Source of the DNA: a virus
Length of the DNA: 64,000 nucleotides
IMG/VR virus record: IMGVR_UViG_3300037245_001295
Location: 60,741-124,740 of that record
Direction: 5' to 3' (one strand)
Shown here: positions 26,408 through 36,475 of the stretch, piece after piece
How positions within the stretch are numbered: the stretch's first letter is position 1
Layout of the letters: each line of letters begins with the position of its first letter
Made by a program: the position numbers and the translations under genes
Notes under the pieces: generated by a model
Seen by the model: only the letters and a program-made list of their open reading frames with translations
The model's database searches: none
Told to the model about the DNA's origin: nothing

Positions 26408-26788
26408 ATGCAAAGAATAACAGAAAAAAGGCTTGATTTACTAGGGTTTCACCGCGAGAACGGCGTCATCGAGGTACGAAAACTTCCCGCCGGCACGCGA
26501 ATTGCACTGGAGACTGTGTCCGAGGTCTACGAGCTTGAAGTCGGAACCCCCCGGTTGGGGGTTGTTCTGATAGCCAGCGAGCGGAAGTTCCGGGCGCGCG
26601 ACAAGGCAGTAGTCACCGGAAGCCTTGACGTTGACACTGGCCTGTTTCTACCGAAGATCATTGGGCAAGGCCTCAAGGTTGTACTCAAACGACCCTACGC
26701 CCCTGTGATACGAACCGATCCGGTGCTGGCCGCCACGATCCGGGGCAAGGACGACAGTTACGTTTATGAAATGTGGAATTTGGAGTAA
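26408..26788 (+). CDS. hypothetical protein
   Basis: Strong RBS; beta-rich sequence. Confidence 0.75.
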   Translation: MQRITEKRLDLLGFHRENGVIEVRKLPAGTRIALETVSEVYELEVGTPRLGVVLIASERKFRARDKAVVTGSLDVDTGLFLPKIIGQGLKVVLKRPYAPVIRTDPVLAATIRGKDDSYVYEMWNLE

Positions 26789-26792
26789 GACA

Positions 26793-26957
26793 ATGAGTAA
26801 GTCGTTCCTTTACGCGATCATCTTTGGCGCATTGGCCGCCGTGGCCGTCCGTTTTTCCACGGGCCTCACACCCGATGGGGAGTGCGTTACTACGTACTTG
26901 GCAATGATCCTGGGTACCCTGCTGGCCATCGGAAAAACTCTGGAGCAGAGATCGTGA
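26793..26957 (+). CDS. small two-TM membrane protein
   Basis: GGAG RBS; two hydrophobic helices. Confidence 0.6.
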   Translation: MSKSFLYAIIFGALAAVAVRFSTGLTPDGECVTTYLAMILGTLLAIGKTLEQRS

Positions 26958-27838
26958 AAACGCACACCTTTTCCATCGTGGTCGGCACGGCAGCCTGTAA
27001 TGCGAAGTGCCCGTTCTGCGTTAGCAAGATGACGCATACGGCGGCGTGCCGGATGAAGGCCATTAACAAACGTCGCTTACACACGGCCTGCCGCATTGTC
27101 GAGCAAGCCCGAGACGGGTTGGTGAACGTACTGCTGACCGGCAAGGGTGAGCCACTGCTGTTTCCCGACGAAATCACAGAATACCTTGTCGAGCTTGGGC
27201 AGTACAATTTCCCGTTGATCGACCTCCAGACTAACGGTATCCTCCTCAAGGCGTCAGCCGATCACGGGTATCTGAATAAGTGGGTGGGCTTAGGCCTCAC
27301 CTTGGCCTGTGTCTCAATCACACATTGGGAGCCGGATCATAGCAACAACTTAATGGGCATCGACCGTGGCTTTAACTTCTATGAGGCCGTGGAGGTGATC
27401 CATAAAGCCGGGCTGGCCGCCCGCCTGAATTGCACTTTGACAAGAAGTGGCTGTGCCACCCTGCACGACGTTGACATCTTGATTAACCGCTGTCGCGAGG
27501 AAGGTGTTGAGCAGCTTACCTTACGTGAGGTCGAAGTGCCGGATTACACCCCCGGCTCGGGCACGGCTGATACGACTAACGCGGTTCGTGAATATGCTGA
27601 GCAAGAGAAGCGAGTCGGCTTCGCTAATCAGATTCGTCTACATCTTGAGATGAAGGGTGCCACGAAGCTCATGGAGTTGCCGCATGGAGCAGTAATCTAT
27701 GACGATGCAGGGCAGAATGTCTGCATCTCCAACTGTCTCACGTCTACGACGGACCCGAACGACATTCGGCAGATCATCTACTTCCCCGATGGCCGGATCG
27801 CTTATGATTGGAAATACAAGGGAGCCCGAATCCTGTGA
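26954..27838 (+). CDS. radical SAM enzyme
   Basis: CNAKCPFC (CxxxCxxC), TGKGEP, TNG; GTG start overlapping upstream stop. Confidence 0.9.
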   Translation: MKTHTFSIVVGTAACNAKCPFCVSKMTHTAACRMKAINKRRLHTACRIVEQARDGLVNVLLTGKGEPLLFPDEITEYLVELGQYNFPLIDLQTNGILLKASADHGYLNKWVGLGLTLACVSITHWEPDHSNNLMGIDRGFNFYEAVEVIHKAGLAARLNCTLTRSGCATLHDVDILINRCREEGVEQLTLREVEVPDYTPGSGTADTTNAVREYAEQEKRVGFANQIRLHLEMKGATKLMELPHGAVIYDDAGQNVCISNCLTSTTDPNDIRQIIYFPDGRIAYDWKYKGARIL

Positions 27839-28292
27839 CACCTGATACATGTAGTATATGCGGCAATTCACTTGAAACAGGGGGCACCTCTATGACCGCC
27901 ATCACGTTCAAGATTAGTGGCAACCCACTCGACCCCGAGGAGACAAAGGCCCTTGCGGAGGCGATCTCTCCATATTGCTTAGACAAGACATACAGCGTTT
28001 GTGTTCCGTGCTGGATGCGTAAACTAGGTGTCAAACCTTAGAAGGCTGCTATGAACAGAATTTTGAGATGGTCCGTTTGTTTTGTAATGGGATTTAGTGC
28101 TGGCTGGGTCGTACTACTACTCCTCTGGGCATTTGCAACCCTTAACCACCTTCTAATAACCGGCTTAACTAATTACTGGTCGGAGGTGCTATGAGTACAA
28201 CGGTTGTAAACCTGAAACGAGATTTCTGTGACGCTGTGTCGGATCAACGTCTTGACATTGTACTCAATGAATCCATGGGCGGGAGTTGGTAA

Positions 28293-30827
28293 ATGATTAA
28301 GACATATCTCGACACCGAAACATGCGGTCTGCACGGACTCCCTGTGCTGATCCAATACGCCTTCGACGACGGTGACATCAACCTGTTCGAGCCGTGGACT
28401 CGCCCGGCGCGGGAGTCGCTCGAACTGATCGAGAAAGTGGCCGACACATGCTTCGTCGGCTTCAACAACAATTTTGATTGGTTCCACCTGTGTAAGCTCT
28501 ACACCATCTGGCGTCTGCTGCCGCCCGATTTGCTGCCCGCAAATGACATCTCCCTAGTCTCTGAGATGGAGCCATTGGGCCGCGATGGCCCGTGCATCAA
28601 ACCAGCTTCGTCGCTGGACCTCATGCTACACTCACGCAAGGGTCCATACCAATCGCTGATGGCTCGTAGCGACGTGCGGATTCGGAAAGTGCCAACCATT
28701 CTGGCGGCCCCGCTGGCCCAAGAGCTTGAGAAGCGGGTGGAGTTTGACGGCATCCTCTTCGCACGCCGCAAAGACCCCGAGGCCCCGAAGTGGCAGGTGT
28801 TTGACCGGCGTAACAAGGACGACGACATTGATCCCGATTTCAAGGACGTGGTACTGAAGTTCAACCCGGCGGGCGGCCTGAAGTTTCTAGCCGAGCACGC
28901 TCTGGGGATTAAGCCCGACTACCACTACAAAGACGTAGAGCTTGACCCCAAGCTCCGTCCCCGAGAGCTTGGGTACGTTCCGTTTGCTCTTGGTATGTCT
29001 AGCCCTGAGAAAGATTGGGAAGTCTTCGACAAGCATGGCGACTCGAAAGGTTTTGCATGGCCTGCGGTCATTCACCATCATATCAAGCACTGGCATAACA
29101 GCCAACCCGCTCGTGATTATGCACGGGACGACGTGAAGTACACCCGAATGCTGGATGAGCACTTCGACTACCCCGAGATCGGGGACAACGATAGCATATT
29201 GGCGTGCATGGTAGCGGCAGTGCGGTGGCACGGGTTCGTCGTGGATTTAGAACAGACTGAGGAGCTTCTGGACAAGTCTGCCAAGATCGTCAGACGATCT
29301 CCGGTGAACATCAATAAGCCCAAGCAGGTGCGACACTACATCCGTGATTGTATGGTCGATATGGAAGCCCTCCTCATTGACGAGTCAACAAAGAAAAGTA
29401 ATCTTGAGAAGATTCGCGACGAGATGGTGGTAGAGGAAGCTGGCGAAATCTGCATCAAGTGCTTTGGCGATGGCTGCCTGCGGTGTGACCATGCGGGCGA
29501 GCTAGCAGTGGGTAGGATGCCAGCCGCCGAACGCTGTGACGAAATCTTAATGGTCAAAGAGGCTGCCAAAGAGGTAGAGCTACACACGAAGCTGACGCAG
29601 GCTGGCCGCTTCCACGCGAGCTTCAATGTCATTGGCACGCTGTCCTCACGGATGTCGGGCGGTGGCGGTCTAAACGCCCAAGGGATCAAGCACTCGGACG
29701 AGGTGCGGCGTATGTTCCCGCTGGCGTGGGACGGTATGATCCTGTGCGGCGGTGACTTTGACTCATTCGAGGTGACGCTGGCCGACGCCGTGTTTGAAGA
29801 CCCCGCCCTACGGGCCGACTTGTTGGCCGGTAAGAAGCTCCACGCTTTGATGGCGATGGCTCTGTATCCTGGCAAGACCTACGAAGACATTCTAGCCTCA
29901 AAAGGCTCCAGCTTTGACATGTACACCCGTGGCAAGCAAGCCGTCTTCGCCATGCTATACGGCGGTGACCACAACACGGTTCACAACAAACTAGCTATTC
30001 CGCTGGCCGTGGCCGAGGACGCCTTCGTCCGGTTCCAGCGTAAATATCCCGGTATCAAAGCCGCTCGTGAAGAGGTGATGGATAGATTCCAAGCCATGCA
30101 CCAGCCTGACGGCATCGGCACGGCCATTACATGGAGAGACCCACACGACTATGCGGAGACCTTCCTTGGTTTCCGCCGGTACTTCACACTTGAAAACCGC
30201 ATCTGCAAAGAGCTTTTCAAGCTCGCACAGAGGCCACCGAAACATTGGCGGAATGTGAAGTTGGAGATCGTCCGCACAGACCGCGTGCAGCAGGTGGGCG
30301 GTGCGGTATCATCCGCCCTGTACGGAGCGGCTTTCCAGATTCAGGCCAGCAACACGCGGGCCGCAAACAATCACATGATCCAAAGCCCTGGCGCGATGAT
30401 TACCAAATCCTTGCAGCGGGCAATTTGGGACGCGCAGCCTGCCGGTGTAAACGACTGGGTAGTAGCCCCTATGAATGTGCATGACGAAGTTATGGTGGTG
30501 GCCCATCCAGACGCCATTGACGATATTACCGAGCGGGTTATAGCCTCTGTTGAATCCTATCGCGACCGCGTGCCACTTATCGGCATGGGGTGGGTGAAGA
30601 AGATGGACAACTGGGCTGAGAAGGGCGGGGGCGTTGGAAATGAAGTTCACATTGAACCCAAGGAGATTACCGATGACGACGGAAGAACGAGCAATTTGGC
30701 TGAAGCCCTTGACGACACCACAACTGAGAGCCCTTGCTTCTCAGAATCAGATTGCGAACTGGAGAAAATTGCCGAGGATGAAGCTAATCTCGCAGCTATG
30801 CTCAGTGGAGGAATGTTTGGTGCATGA
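28293..30827 (+). CDS. polA: DNA polymerase family A (3'-5' exonuclease + polymerase)
   Basis: Exo DTET, FNNNFD, YARDD; motif A DFDSFE, motif B KQAVFAMLYG, motif C VHDEV. Confidence 0.93.
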   Translation: MIKTYLDTETCGLHGLPVLIQYAFDDGDINLFEPWTRPARESLELIEKVADTCFVGFNNNFDWFHLCKLYTIWRLLPPDLLPANDISLVSEMEPLGRDGPCIKPASSLDLMLHSRKGPYQSLMARSDVRIRKVPTILAAPLAQELEKRVEFDGILFARRKDPEAPKWQVFDRRNKDDDIDPDFKDVVLKFNPAGGLKFLAEHALGIKPDYHYKDVELDPKLRPRELGYVPFALGMSSPEKDWEVFDKHGDSKGFAWPAVIHHHIKHWHNSQPARDYARDDVKYTRMLDEHFDYPEIGDNDSILACMVAAVRWHGFVVDLEQTEELLDKSAKIVRRSPVNINKPKQVRHYIRDCMVDMEALLIDESTKKSNLEKIRDEMVVEEAGEICIKCFGDGCLRCDHAGELAVGRMPAAERCDEILMVKEAAKEVELHTKLTQAGRFHASFNVIGTLSSRMSGGGGLNAQGIKHSDEVRRMFPLAWDGMILCGGDFDSFEVTLADAVFEDPALRADLLAGKKLHALMAMALYPGKTYEDILASKGSSFDMYTRGKQAVFAMLYGGDHNTVHNKLAIPLAVAEDAFVRFQRKYPGIKAAREEVMDRFQAMHQPDGIGTAITWRDPHDYAETFLGFRRYFTLENRICKELFKLAQRPPKHWRNVKLEIVRTDRVQQVGGAVSSALYGAAFQIQASNTRAANNHMIQSPGAMITKSLQRAIWDAQPAGVNDWVVAPMNVHDEVMVVAHPDAIDDITERVIASVESYRDRVPLIGMGWVKKMDNWAEKGGGVGNEVHIEPKEITDDDGRTSNLAEALDDTTTESPCFSESDCELEKIAEDEANLAAMLSGGMFGA

Positions 30828-30857
30828 GACCGCTGAGCCGGTTGGGAAGTTTCAACT

Positions 30858-31163
30858 ATGCGGATAATAATCAATGCAAAAGTGATCCCAGAAGTCACGC
30901 CGCCTAACACGGTGTACGTGAGATTGGGCGACGGAAACATACCTTATGAGGAGAAACCGATGAAAGAACCTATGACAATTTGTACTAAATGCCAGCATGT
31001 GAAGATCACTGGGAGAAGCTCCGTGTGGACCAGATTTGAGTGCTACGCAAGTATCATTATCGACGGGGTAAATCCAGTCACAGGGGAGCCGCAAGATACA
31101 GTGCTTGCAAAGTGCCACAACAGAAACACAGGCGACTGCAAACTGTATGAGGAAGCGCGATGA
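30858..31163 (+). CDS. Cys-rich hypothetical protein
   Basis: CTKC...C...RN.GDC..YE; internal start at 30960 possible. Confidence 0.55.
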   Translation: MRIIINAKVIPEVTPPNTVYVRLGDGNIPYEEKPMKEPMTICTKCQHVKITGRSSVWTRFECYASIIIDGVNPVTGEPQDTVLAKCHNRNTGDCKLYEEAR

Positions 31164-31304
31164 AAATGTTCAGCGAATGTAGTGGACCGTGTGAGACCTG
31201 TAAAGTGCATCTTTCCGGCACCATGTGCATGGCCGGGCACGGCGACGACGACTATGTCCACGCGGACGTGGAGTGGATTGCAGCCTTGAAGCAAAAGGAA
31301 GCGA

Positions 31305-31712
31305 ATGGATAATCCTCACATGCGAGAAGCGCACGGCCCTGAGTGGCGAATCCAGAAGGAACTAATCAAGTTCCTGCGGGCTCGCGGCTGGCTTGTTGAG
31401 GTTATGCACGGTAACCTATTCCAAAAAGGCGTGCCTGACTTGTACATCGCCCACCCGAAGCATGGGCAGAGGTGGATTGACGTTAAGAACCCCGTCAGCT
31501 ACAACTTCACAAGAGACCAGAGGATTAAGTGGCCCAACTGGGAGAAATACGGAGTCGGAATCTGGATACTCGTGGCCGCCACGGACGAAGAGTATGACAA
31601 GTTGTGGAAGCCGCCCAACATGCGCGATTACTGGAAGGCCAGTTGGTACTTGGAGCCCACTGTGGACGACCTTCTGGACGAACTAGATGACCCAACACTG
31701 GAGGAAGAGTGA
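31305..31712 (+). CDS. VRR-NUC / PD-(D/E)XK nuclease
   Basis: E..IQ..LI..LR, GVPDL, WIDVK. Confidence 0.82.
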   Translation: MDNPHMREAHGPEWRIQKELIKFLRARGWLVEVMHGNLFQKGVPDLYIAHPKHGQRWIDVKNPVSYNFTRDQRIKWPNWEKYGVGIWILVAATDEEYDKLWKPPNMRDYWKASWYLEPTVDDLLDELDDPTLEEE

Positions 31713-31921
31713 TGGCAGTGCAACCTTGCACACGCGATGGAAAGCCGGGTTACCGGGCGATCAGCCCGCACGGTGAAGGGGATTGTTTCCTGTACCGAGA
31801 CGGCGACCCTGGTGGCCAGGCGCGGGCAAAGGCATTTGCCCGACAGCAGCTTGTCACAATCACAGCCCGGTCAAACGACGAAAATATTCAAGCAGTGATC
31901 GAATCAATCGAGTGCATTTAG
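31709..31921 (+). CDS. small phage protein (paralog of 31931-32101)
   Basis: CTRDGKPGY...G.CF.Y..GD. Confidence 0.65.
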   Translation: MMAVQPCTRDGKPGYRAISPHGEGDCFLYRDGDPGGQARAKAFARQQLVTITARSNDENIQAVIESIECI

Positions 31922-31930
31922 GAGACTGCG

Positions 31931-32101
31931 ATGCCTATTCAAGTTTGCTCTAAAGACGGCGACCCCGGCTATAAGTACGGTGAGGGGGGCTTCTGCTACA
32001 CCTACAAGGGTGGAGACGAAGCGGGGCGTAGGGAAGCGAAGCAGAAGGCAGCGATGCAAGGCGCAGCAATCGAGCGTCGAGGCGGGGAGTCCCACGAATG
32101 A
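31931..32101 (+). CDS. small phage protein (paralog of 31709-31921)
   Basis: MPIQVCSKDGDPGYKYGEGGFCYTY; AGGAG RBS; below ORF-track cutoff. Confidence 0.7.
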   Translation: MPIQVCSKDGDPGYKYGEGGFCYTYKGGDEAGRREAKQKAAMQGAAIERRGGESHE

Positions 32102-32625
32102 TCCTCCGTAGCAACCCAAACAATTGGTCATGTCTCCCCACCGCATTCGCGATGGCACTTGGGCGGGTTCCTGAGTGGGTAATTGAACAGATTGGACACA
32201 ATGGCAGTGCTGAACCCTATAAGGCGGCGGGCCTTAAAGCGGGCTTCCACGAGCAGGAGTGCATTGAAGTTGCCCTGGGCTTGGGTTACACTTGCACACC
32301 TATTGAAGCCGTGCCGACCATTTCTCCGTACCAGCACGGAGGGGACGCACGACCCGTCTATTTTGGGGAGGGGTTGTCCGGCAATTTTGAGGCGGGGGTG
32401 TCCGGCAATTGGGTACGTTTGTTGCGGCACATGGTTGGTACTTGCGGTGTTCTGACTGGCACGTATGCAAAGCTCACCGATCCCACCTGTGTTCGTGGCC
32501 ACGCTGTCGCCTGGGACGGTGTGACAACACAGAAGATTCACGATCCAATCGGCCCCCGCTGCTACTCGTTTGTGGAGGCTGCTAAATACGGATTCACCCC
32601 TGGATGCTTTTGGAAGGTGGAATAA
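32098..32625 (+). CDS. papain-fold (C39-like) cysteine peptidase
   Basis: WSCLPTAFAMALG...GHAVAWDG...IHDP (Cys-His-Asp). Confidence 0.65.
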   Translation: MILRSNPNNWSCLPTAFAMALGRVPEWVIEQIGHNGSAEPYKAAGLKAGFHEQECIEVALGLGYTCTPIEAVPTISPYQHGGDARPVYFGEGLSGNFEAGVSGNWVRLLRHMVGTCGVLTGTYAKLTDPTCVRGHAVAWDGVTTQKIHDPIGPRCYSFVEAAKYGFTPGCFWKVE

Positions 32626-33332
32626 TGTCAAAGTGTATGGTTAGGCTCACACCGAGCCAACTGACGAGCGTCTCTGTTATACATCCATTGCTGTACGTGA
32701 CAGATGGGCCTCTCGATGAAGAACAACTTAGCGAGCTAGTACCACTAGCGTTGGAAGGGGATGAATATGCACGGAACGAGTTAGTAGTTGGCCACCTATC
32801 AATGCTGAGCCACACGGTTGGTCGTTACCTTTACCACTGGCCCTTAACCCGGCGATTCCTTGACGAGATGGTGTCGGCGGGCGTGTTCGGAATGGTGCAT
32901 GCCTTGCAGATTCTTAACGAAGAGTCATTGGAAGGTAAGACCATCGGTACGTATCTACTCCAGCATATCTACAAGCACATAGAAACTGAAGTCTGCGCAT
33001 TGCGGGGCATAGCCCCCGCCCCGATACGTACAAATCAAAGGCGTGTGAAAGAGGGCCTCGATCCAATTTTCGGGGACGTTGTTGGCGACACAGCTTCCTC
33101 AAAACTGACGGATGGGTACAGTTATATCGAGTCCGGCTTTGAGGAGATTGACGTGCTTGAGGCCCTTAACCTTCTGCGGGACGAATTTGAGCTTTTGGAC
33201 CTCATCTTCGAGCCTGAGAATTGGGGTAAGACTAATCGCGAACTGTCGGACCTCACCGGAGTACCAAGGCGAACTGTCCATTGGTACCGAACAGAGCTAC
33301 TACGACGCTACCAAGAATTGACTGACAAGTAA
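32625..33332 (+). CDS. sigma70-family RNA polymerase sigma factor
   Basis: GDEYARNELV (region 2), DEMVSAGVFGM, TY; region 4 HTH TNRELSDLTGVPRRTV. Confidence 0.78.
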   Translation: MSKCMVRLTPSQLTSVSVIHPLLYVTDGPLDEEQLSELVPLALEGDEYARNELVVGHLSMLSHTVGRYLYHWPLTRRFLDEMVSAGVFGMVHALQILNEESLEGKTIGTYLLQHIYKHIETEVCALRGIAPAPIRTNQRRVKEGLDPIFGDVVGDTASSKLTDGYSYIESGFEEIDVLEALNLLRDEFELLDLIFEPENWGKTNRELSDLTGVPRRTVHWYRTELLRRYQELTDK

Positions 33333-33350
33333 CCCTACGGAGACTAATCA

Positions 33351-33806
33351 ATGAAATTTTTCCTGAGACTTATTCCCGCGATATTGGTGGCCGCCCTTCT
33401 CGGTTGGAGCATCATGTCTGAAATCCAGCAAGAGAAACTCTTGTCAAGGCTTAATGATGCTGAGGCGAACGTTGACGCCATCGCTGACGCCCAAGATTTT
33501 GCAATGCCGCTCATCGGGTTGTCGGAGCAACTTGCCAGAGAAAACGCAATGTTCACCCAGGTCATTGATCGGGCTCGTGACATTGTCACTGCGAAGGACT
33601 TAGAATTGGTTCAGACCAAGGAGTCCCTCAACAGTTCCATCGAGCTTCTGCAAGAGCAGATCGTTGAGAACAACCGGTGCGTTGACGAGATTCGAGCCCT
33701 GGAGAGCCATATTAGGGCGCTGCGACGAACTGTAAATGAGCTTATGAGTAAAATCCCTGACGCGGGCGTTTTGGATTACCCTTACGATCCCGCCTACAAC
33801 AACTAG
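33351..33806 (+). CDS. membrane-anchored coiled-coil protein
   Basis: N-terminal TM, long heptad-rich region. Confidence 0.65.
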   Translation: MKFFLRLIPAILVAALLGWSIMSEIQQEKLLSRLNDAEANVDAIADAQDFAMPLIGLSEQLARENAMFTQVIDRARDIVTAKDLELVQTKESLNSSIELLQEQIVENNRCVDEIRALESHIRALRRTVNELMSKIPDAGVLDYPYDPAYNN

Positions 33807-33817
33807 GAGCCAACCCA

Positions 33818-34015
33818 ATGATTGATTCCCTATACCGAACCCTGTGTTACTGCATTATCATCCTTGGTGGCGTGTACTTCGGCAGTTATGTCGCCGCCAT
33901 TGAGCAGCGAGTGACCGCCTTAGAAGACCGGGCTCGCAATAGTTTTGTGATCCCCCGTCCATTGCCATTTGACATTACCATTGACCGCAACAAAAGAGGA
34001 GACGATTCCAAGTGA
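33818..34015 (+). CDS. small single-TM protein
   Basis: AGGAG RBS; hydrophobic N-terminus. Confidence 0.6.
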   Translation: MIDSLYRTLCYCIIILGGVYFGSYVAAIEQRVTALEDRARNSFVIPRPLPFDITIDRNKRGDDSK

Positions 34016-34275
34016 GTTTGCAACGAGTATTAGAAGACGTAGTGAATGAACGAGCACACCAAGAGAACCGGTGGGGCGTCGTCAATGACGACCGCAACAC
34101 CTTTGAGGACTGGCGTACCTACATGAACAAGTACAGCTTTCGAGTCGGGCATGCTATGCCTAATTCGCCAACGCAGAGGCGACGACTGATTCAAGTGGCG
34201 GCCCTGGCGGTAGCTGCGATCGAGTCCTTTGATAGAAACCGTGGATTCCCTGTGCCTGTACCGGAGGTGTTTTGA
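34012..34275 (+). CDS. MazG-like NTP-PPase superfamily protein (degenerate)
   Basis: ERAHQENRWG...LIQVAALAVAAIESFDR. Confidence 0.6.
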   Translation: MSLQRVLEDVVNERAHQENRWGVVNDDRNTFEDWRTYMNKYSFRVGHAMPNSPTQRRRLIQVAALAVAAIESFDRNRGFPVPVPEVF

Positions 34276-34276
34276 G

Positions 34277-35386
34277 ATGAATTTACCACGTCGGGAATTT
34301 CTGATGTTGGCCAAGAAGTACACCCCTGGCAAGATGCCGGTAGGTGGTTACTATCTTAGTGAGAAGTTAGACGGCACCCGCGCGTTTTGGGATGGCGGGA
34401 TCAGCCGTGGCGTGCCAACTATTCAGGTTCCGTATGCCAATATCACCGACCCCAAGACTGGGAAGATCAAGAAAAAGATCAAGCCCGTCGCCACAGGCCT
34501 GTGGTCACGTTATGGTAACCCGATCATTGCCCCAGACTGGTTTCTAAACACCCTACCCTGTATGCCGCTCGATGGCGAAATCTGGGCGGGCCGTGGCAAC
34601 TTCCAACTCTGCCGCTCTATCTGTGCCGGGGACACCCCTGGCCCAGATTGGGATAAGGCTGAGTTCGCCGTGTTCGGCTGCCCTCCGCTAGGCATCATAT
34701 TTGGCAACGGACGTATCAAGAACCAGCACATGGTGATGAACATTGTGGCCGCCGACATAAAACGCTGGCTGAAAACGAAAGAGAAATCGTTTCCAGATTT
34801 CTACTACCTCTCGGCCGCGAATGGTCGAGTACCATTTGATTACGAGCTTACCTGCCTGCAAGATTCCTTGGATTCGTCCAGTCGCGTCTACCTTCACCGT
34901 CAGCGAAAACTGCCGAGGGGCATCGTGGAAGCGGCGTTGGCGGTTGAGGTGGAGTTGAAGAAGGTGCTAGACCTTGGTGGCGAAGGCATTGTCCTGCGTA
35001 ACCCCGATTCTCCGTGGCTGCCGAAGCGGCTCACTACCTTGTTGAAGTACAAACCATTCAGCGACGACGAGGGGATTATCGTCGGCTTTACGGCTGGCCG
35101 GAAAACCGACAAAGGCTCAAAGCTATTGGGCAAGATCGGGGCCTTGATCTTGGATTACAAGGGCAAGCGATTGGAGCTTTCGGGCTTAACCCATGAGGAG
35201 AGGAAGTTCGACGACACTGGCATCCTTCTCGCAAGTGGTTATGCCGCTAAGAATCCCGGCAAAGACATGCCTGCCGGTACGCAGGGGGTTCACTTCAAGC
35301 TCGGAGACTCCGTCACGTTCAAATACCGCGAACTATCAGACGACGGTATTCCGAAAGAGGCTCGATATTGGAGGAAGCGATGTTAG
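34277..35386 (+). CDS. ATP-dependent DNA ligase
   Basis: SEKLDGTRAFWDG, LDGEIW, GEGIVLR, LLKYK, C-terminal OB domain. Confidence 0.92.
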   Translation: MNLPRREFLMLAKKYTPGKMPVGGYYLSEKLDGTRAFWDGGISRGVPTIQVPYANITDPKTGKIKKKIKPVATGLWSRYGNPIIAPDWFLNTLPCMPLDGEIWAGRGNFQLCRSICAGDTPGPDWDKAEFAVFGCPPLGIIFGNGRIKNQHMVMNIVAADIKRWLKTKEKSFPDFYYLSAANGRVPFDYELTCLQDSLDSSSRVYLHRQRKLPRGIVEAALAVEVELKKVLDLGGEGIVLRNPDSPWLPKRLTTLLKYKPFSDDEGIIVGFTAGRKTDKGSKLLGKIGALILDYKGKRLELSGLTHEERKFDDTGILLASGYAAKNPGKDMPAGTQGVHFKLGDSVTFKYRELSDDGIPKEARYWRKRC

Positions 35387-35640
35387 AGTATCTATTTACC
35401 GGCGCAGTGAGAGACCTGAGGAAGCAGGGCTGGACACAGCCTTCCGGGGACAACCCGCTGCTGTTCTGCCACCCTGAATTCGGCACGCATGAGTTTTTCA
35501 ACGCATGCTACATCCAGTGCAATGCAGCCCGCTACCGACGCCGCCTCTGGTGGGCGGCCAGAATACGCCCTGCTATTTACAACTTAATTATCGTTGCCTT
35601 ACTCCTTCTTACTGCCTGCAAACTCATGGGGATTCTATGA
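35380..35640 (+). CDS. hypothetical protein with C-terminal TM
   Basis: GGAGG RBS. Confidence 0.6.
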   Translation: MLEYLFTGAVRDLRKQGWTQPSGDNPLLFCHPEFGTHEFFNACYIQCNAARYRRRLWWAARIRPAIYNLIIVALLLLTACKLMGIL

Positions 35641-36131
35641 CTTACCAAGAACTACTTCGTGAGGCCTACAAGTGGGCCGAGAAAGTCAGCGACGACCGCA
35701 GTACGAAGAACGGCTCGCTTCTTATTAGGGGCAGCCAAATGGTACCCCTATTGTTTGGCTCAAATCGTTTTCCCACGCGGTCCTTAGCCAAGAATGAGGC
35801 TAACCACGAGCGCCCGCGCAAGTACGCCTTCACCGAACACGCCGAGCGAGATGTTATCTATTTAGCTGCAAAGTGTGGCCTATCCACGTCGGGGCTTGTT
35901 ATGGTCTGCCCGTGGGCTTGCTGCGCCGAGTGTGCCCGTGCTATCGTCATGGCAGGTATCGTGTCAGTCATAGCCCACAAGCAAGCCCACGACAAGTCAC
36001 CGGAGCGTTGGCGTCAGGCTATCGTGGACGGCCAGGTGATTCTTGCCGCCGGGGGTGTGTGTATCGAGTTTTGGGATGGAAAAGTTGGCGGTGTTGAAAA
36101 CCTTTTTAATGGAGAAATCTGGTGCCCATAA
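35637..36131 (+). CDS. dCMP deaminase family protein
   Basis: HAE and CxxC (CCAEC) zinc-binding motifs. Confidence 0.88.
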   Translation: MTYQELLREAYKWAEKVSDDRSTKNGSLLIRGSQMVPLLFGSNRFPTRSLAKNEANHERPRKYAFTEHAERDVIYLAAKCGLSTSGLVMVCPWACCAECARAIVMAGIVSVIAHKQAHDKSPERWRQAIVDGQVILAAGGVCIEFWDGKVGGVENLFNGEIWCP

Positions 36132-36475
36132 ACACATTCGATGAATACCAAGAAGCGGCCGTTAAGACGGCCATCTATCCCACGGGTGCAGAGGTCTGGT
36201 ACCCGGCATTGGGTCTAGCAGGGGGAGCAGGGGAGGTGGCCAATCAGGTCAAGAAGATTCTCCACGACGATGACTTTTGCACATTCACGTCGCCTTCAAT
36301 TACTGACGAGCGGCGAGCCGCTGTTAGGCAGGAAATCGGCGGCGTAATGTGGTATGTAGCTGCCCTTTGCACAGACCTTAATCTAAATCTTGGCGACGTG
36401 TGCCGTGAGAACATTGAGATTCTCGCCAGTCGCCAGGAGCGCGGAACCCTTCGGGGCGGCGGAGACAACCGATGA
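36122..36475 (+). CDS. MazG-like nucleotide pyrophosphohydrolase with altered catalytic acids
   Basis: FDEYQ..A..TAIYP, LGLAGGAGEVA, EIGGVMWY, RGTLRGGGDNR. Confidence 0.82.
   Translation: MPINTFDEYQEAAVKTAIYPTGAEVWYPALGLAGGAGEVANQVKKILHDDDFCTFTSPSITDERRAAVRQEIGGVMWYVAALCTDLNLNLGDVCRENIEILASRQERGTLRGGGDNR

Noticed and set aside
33351-34015. Spanin/lysis cassette
   Set aside because: TM plus coiled coil fits, but there is no lipoprotein partner, endolysin or clear holin nearby
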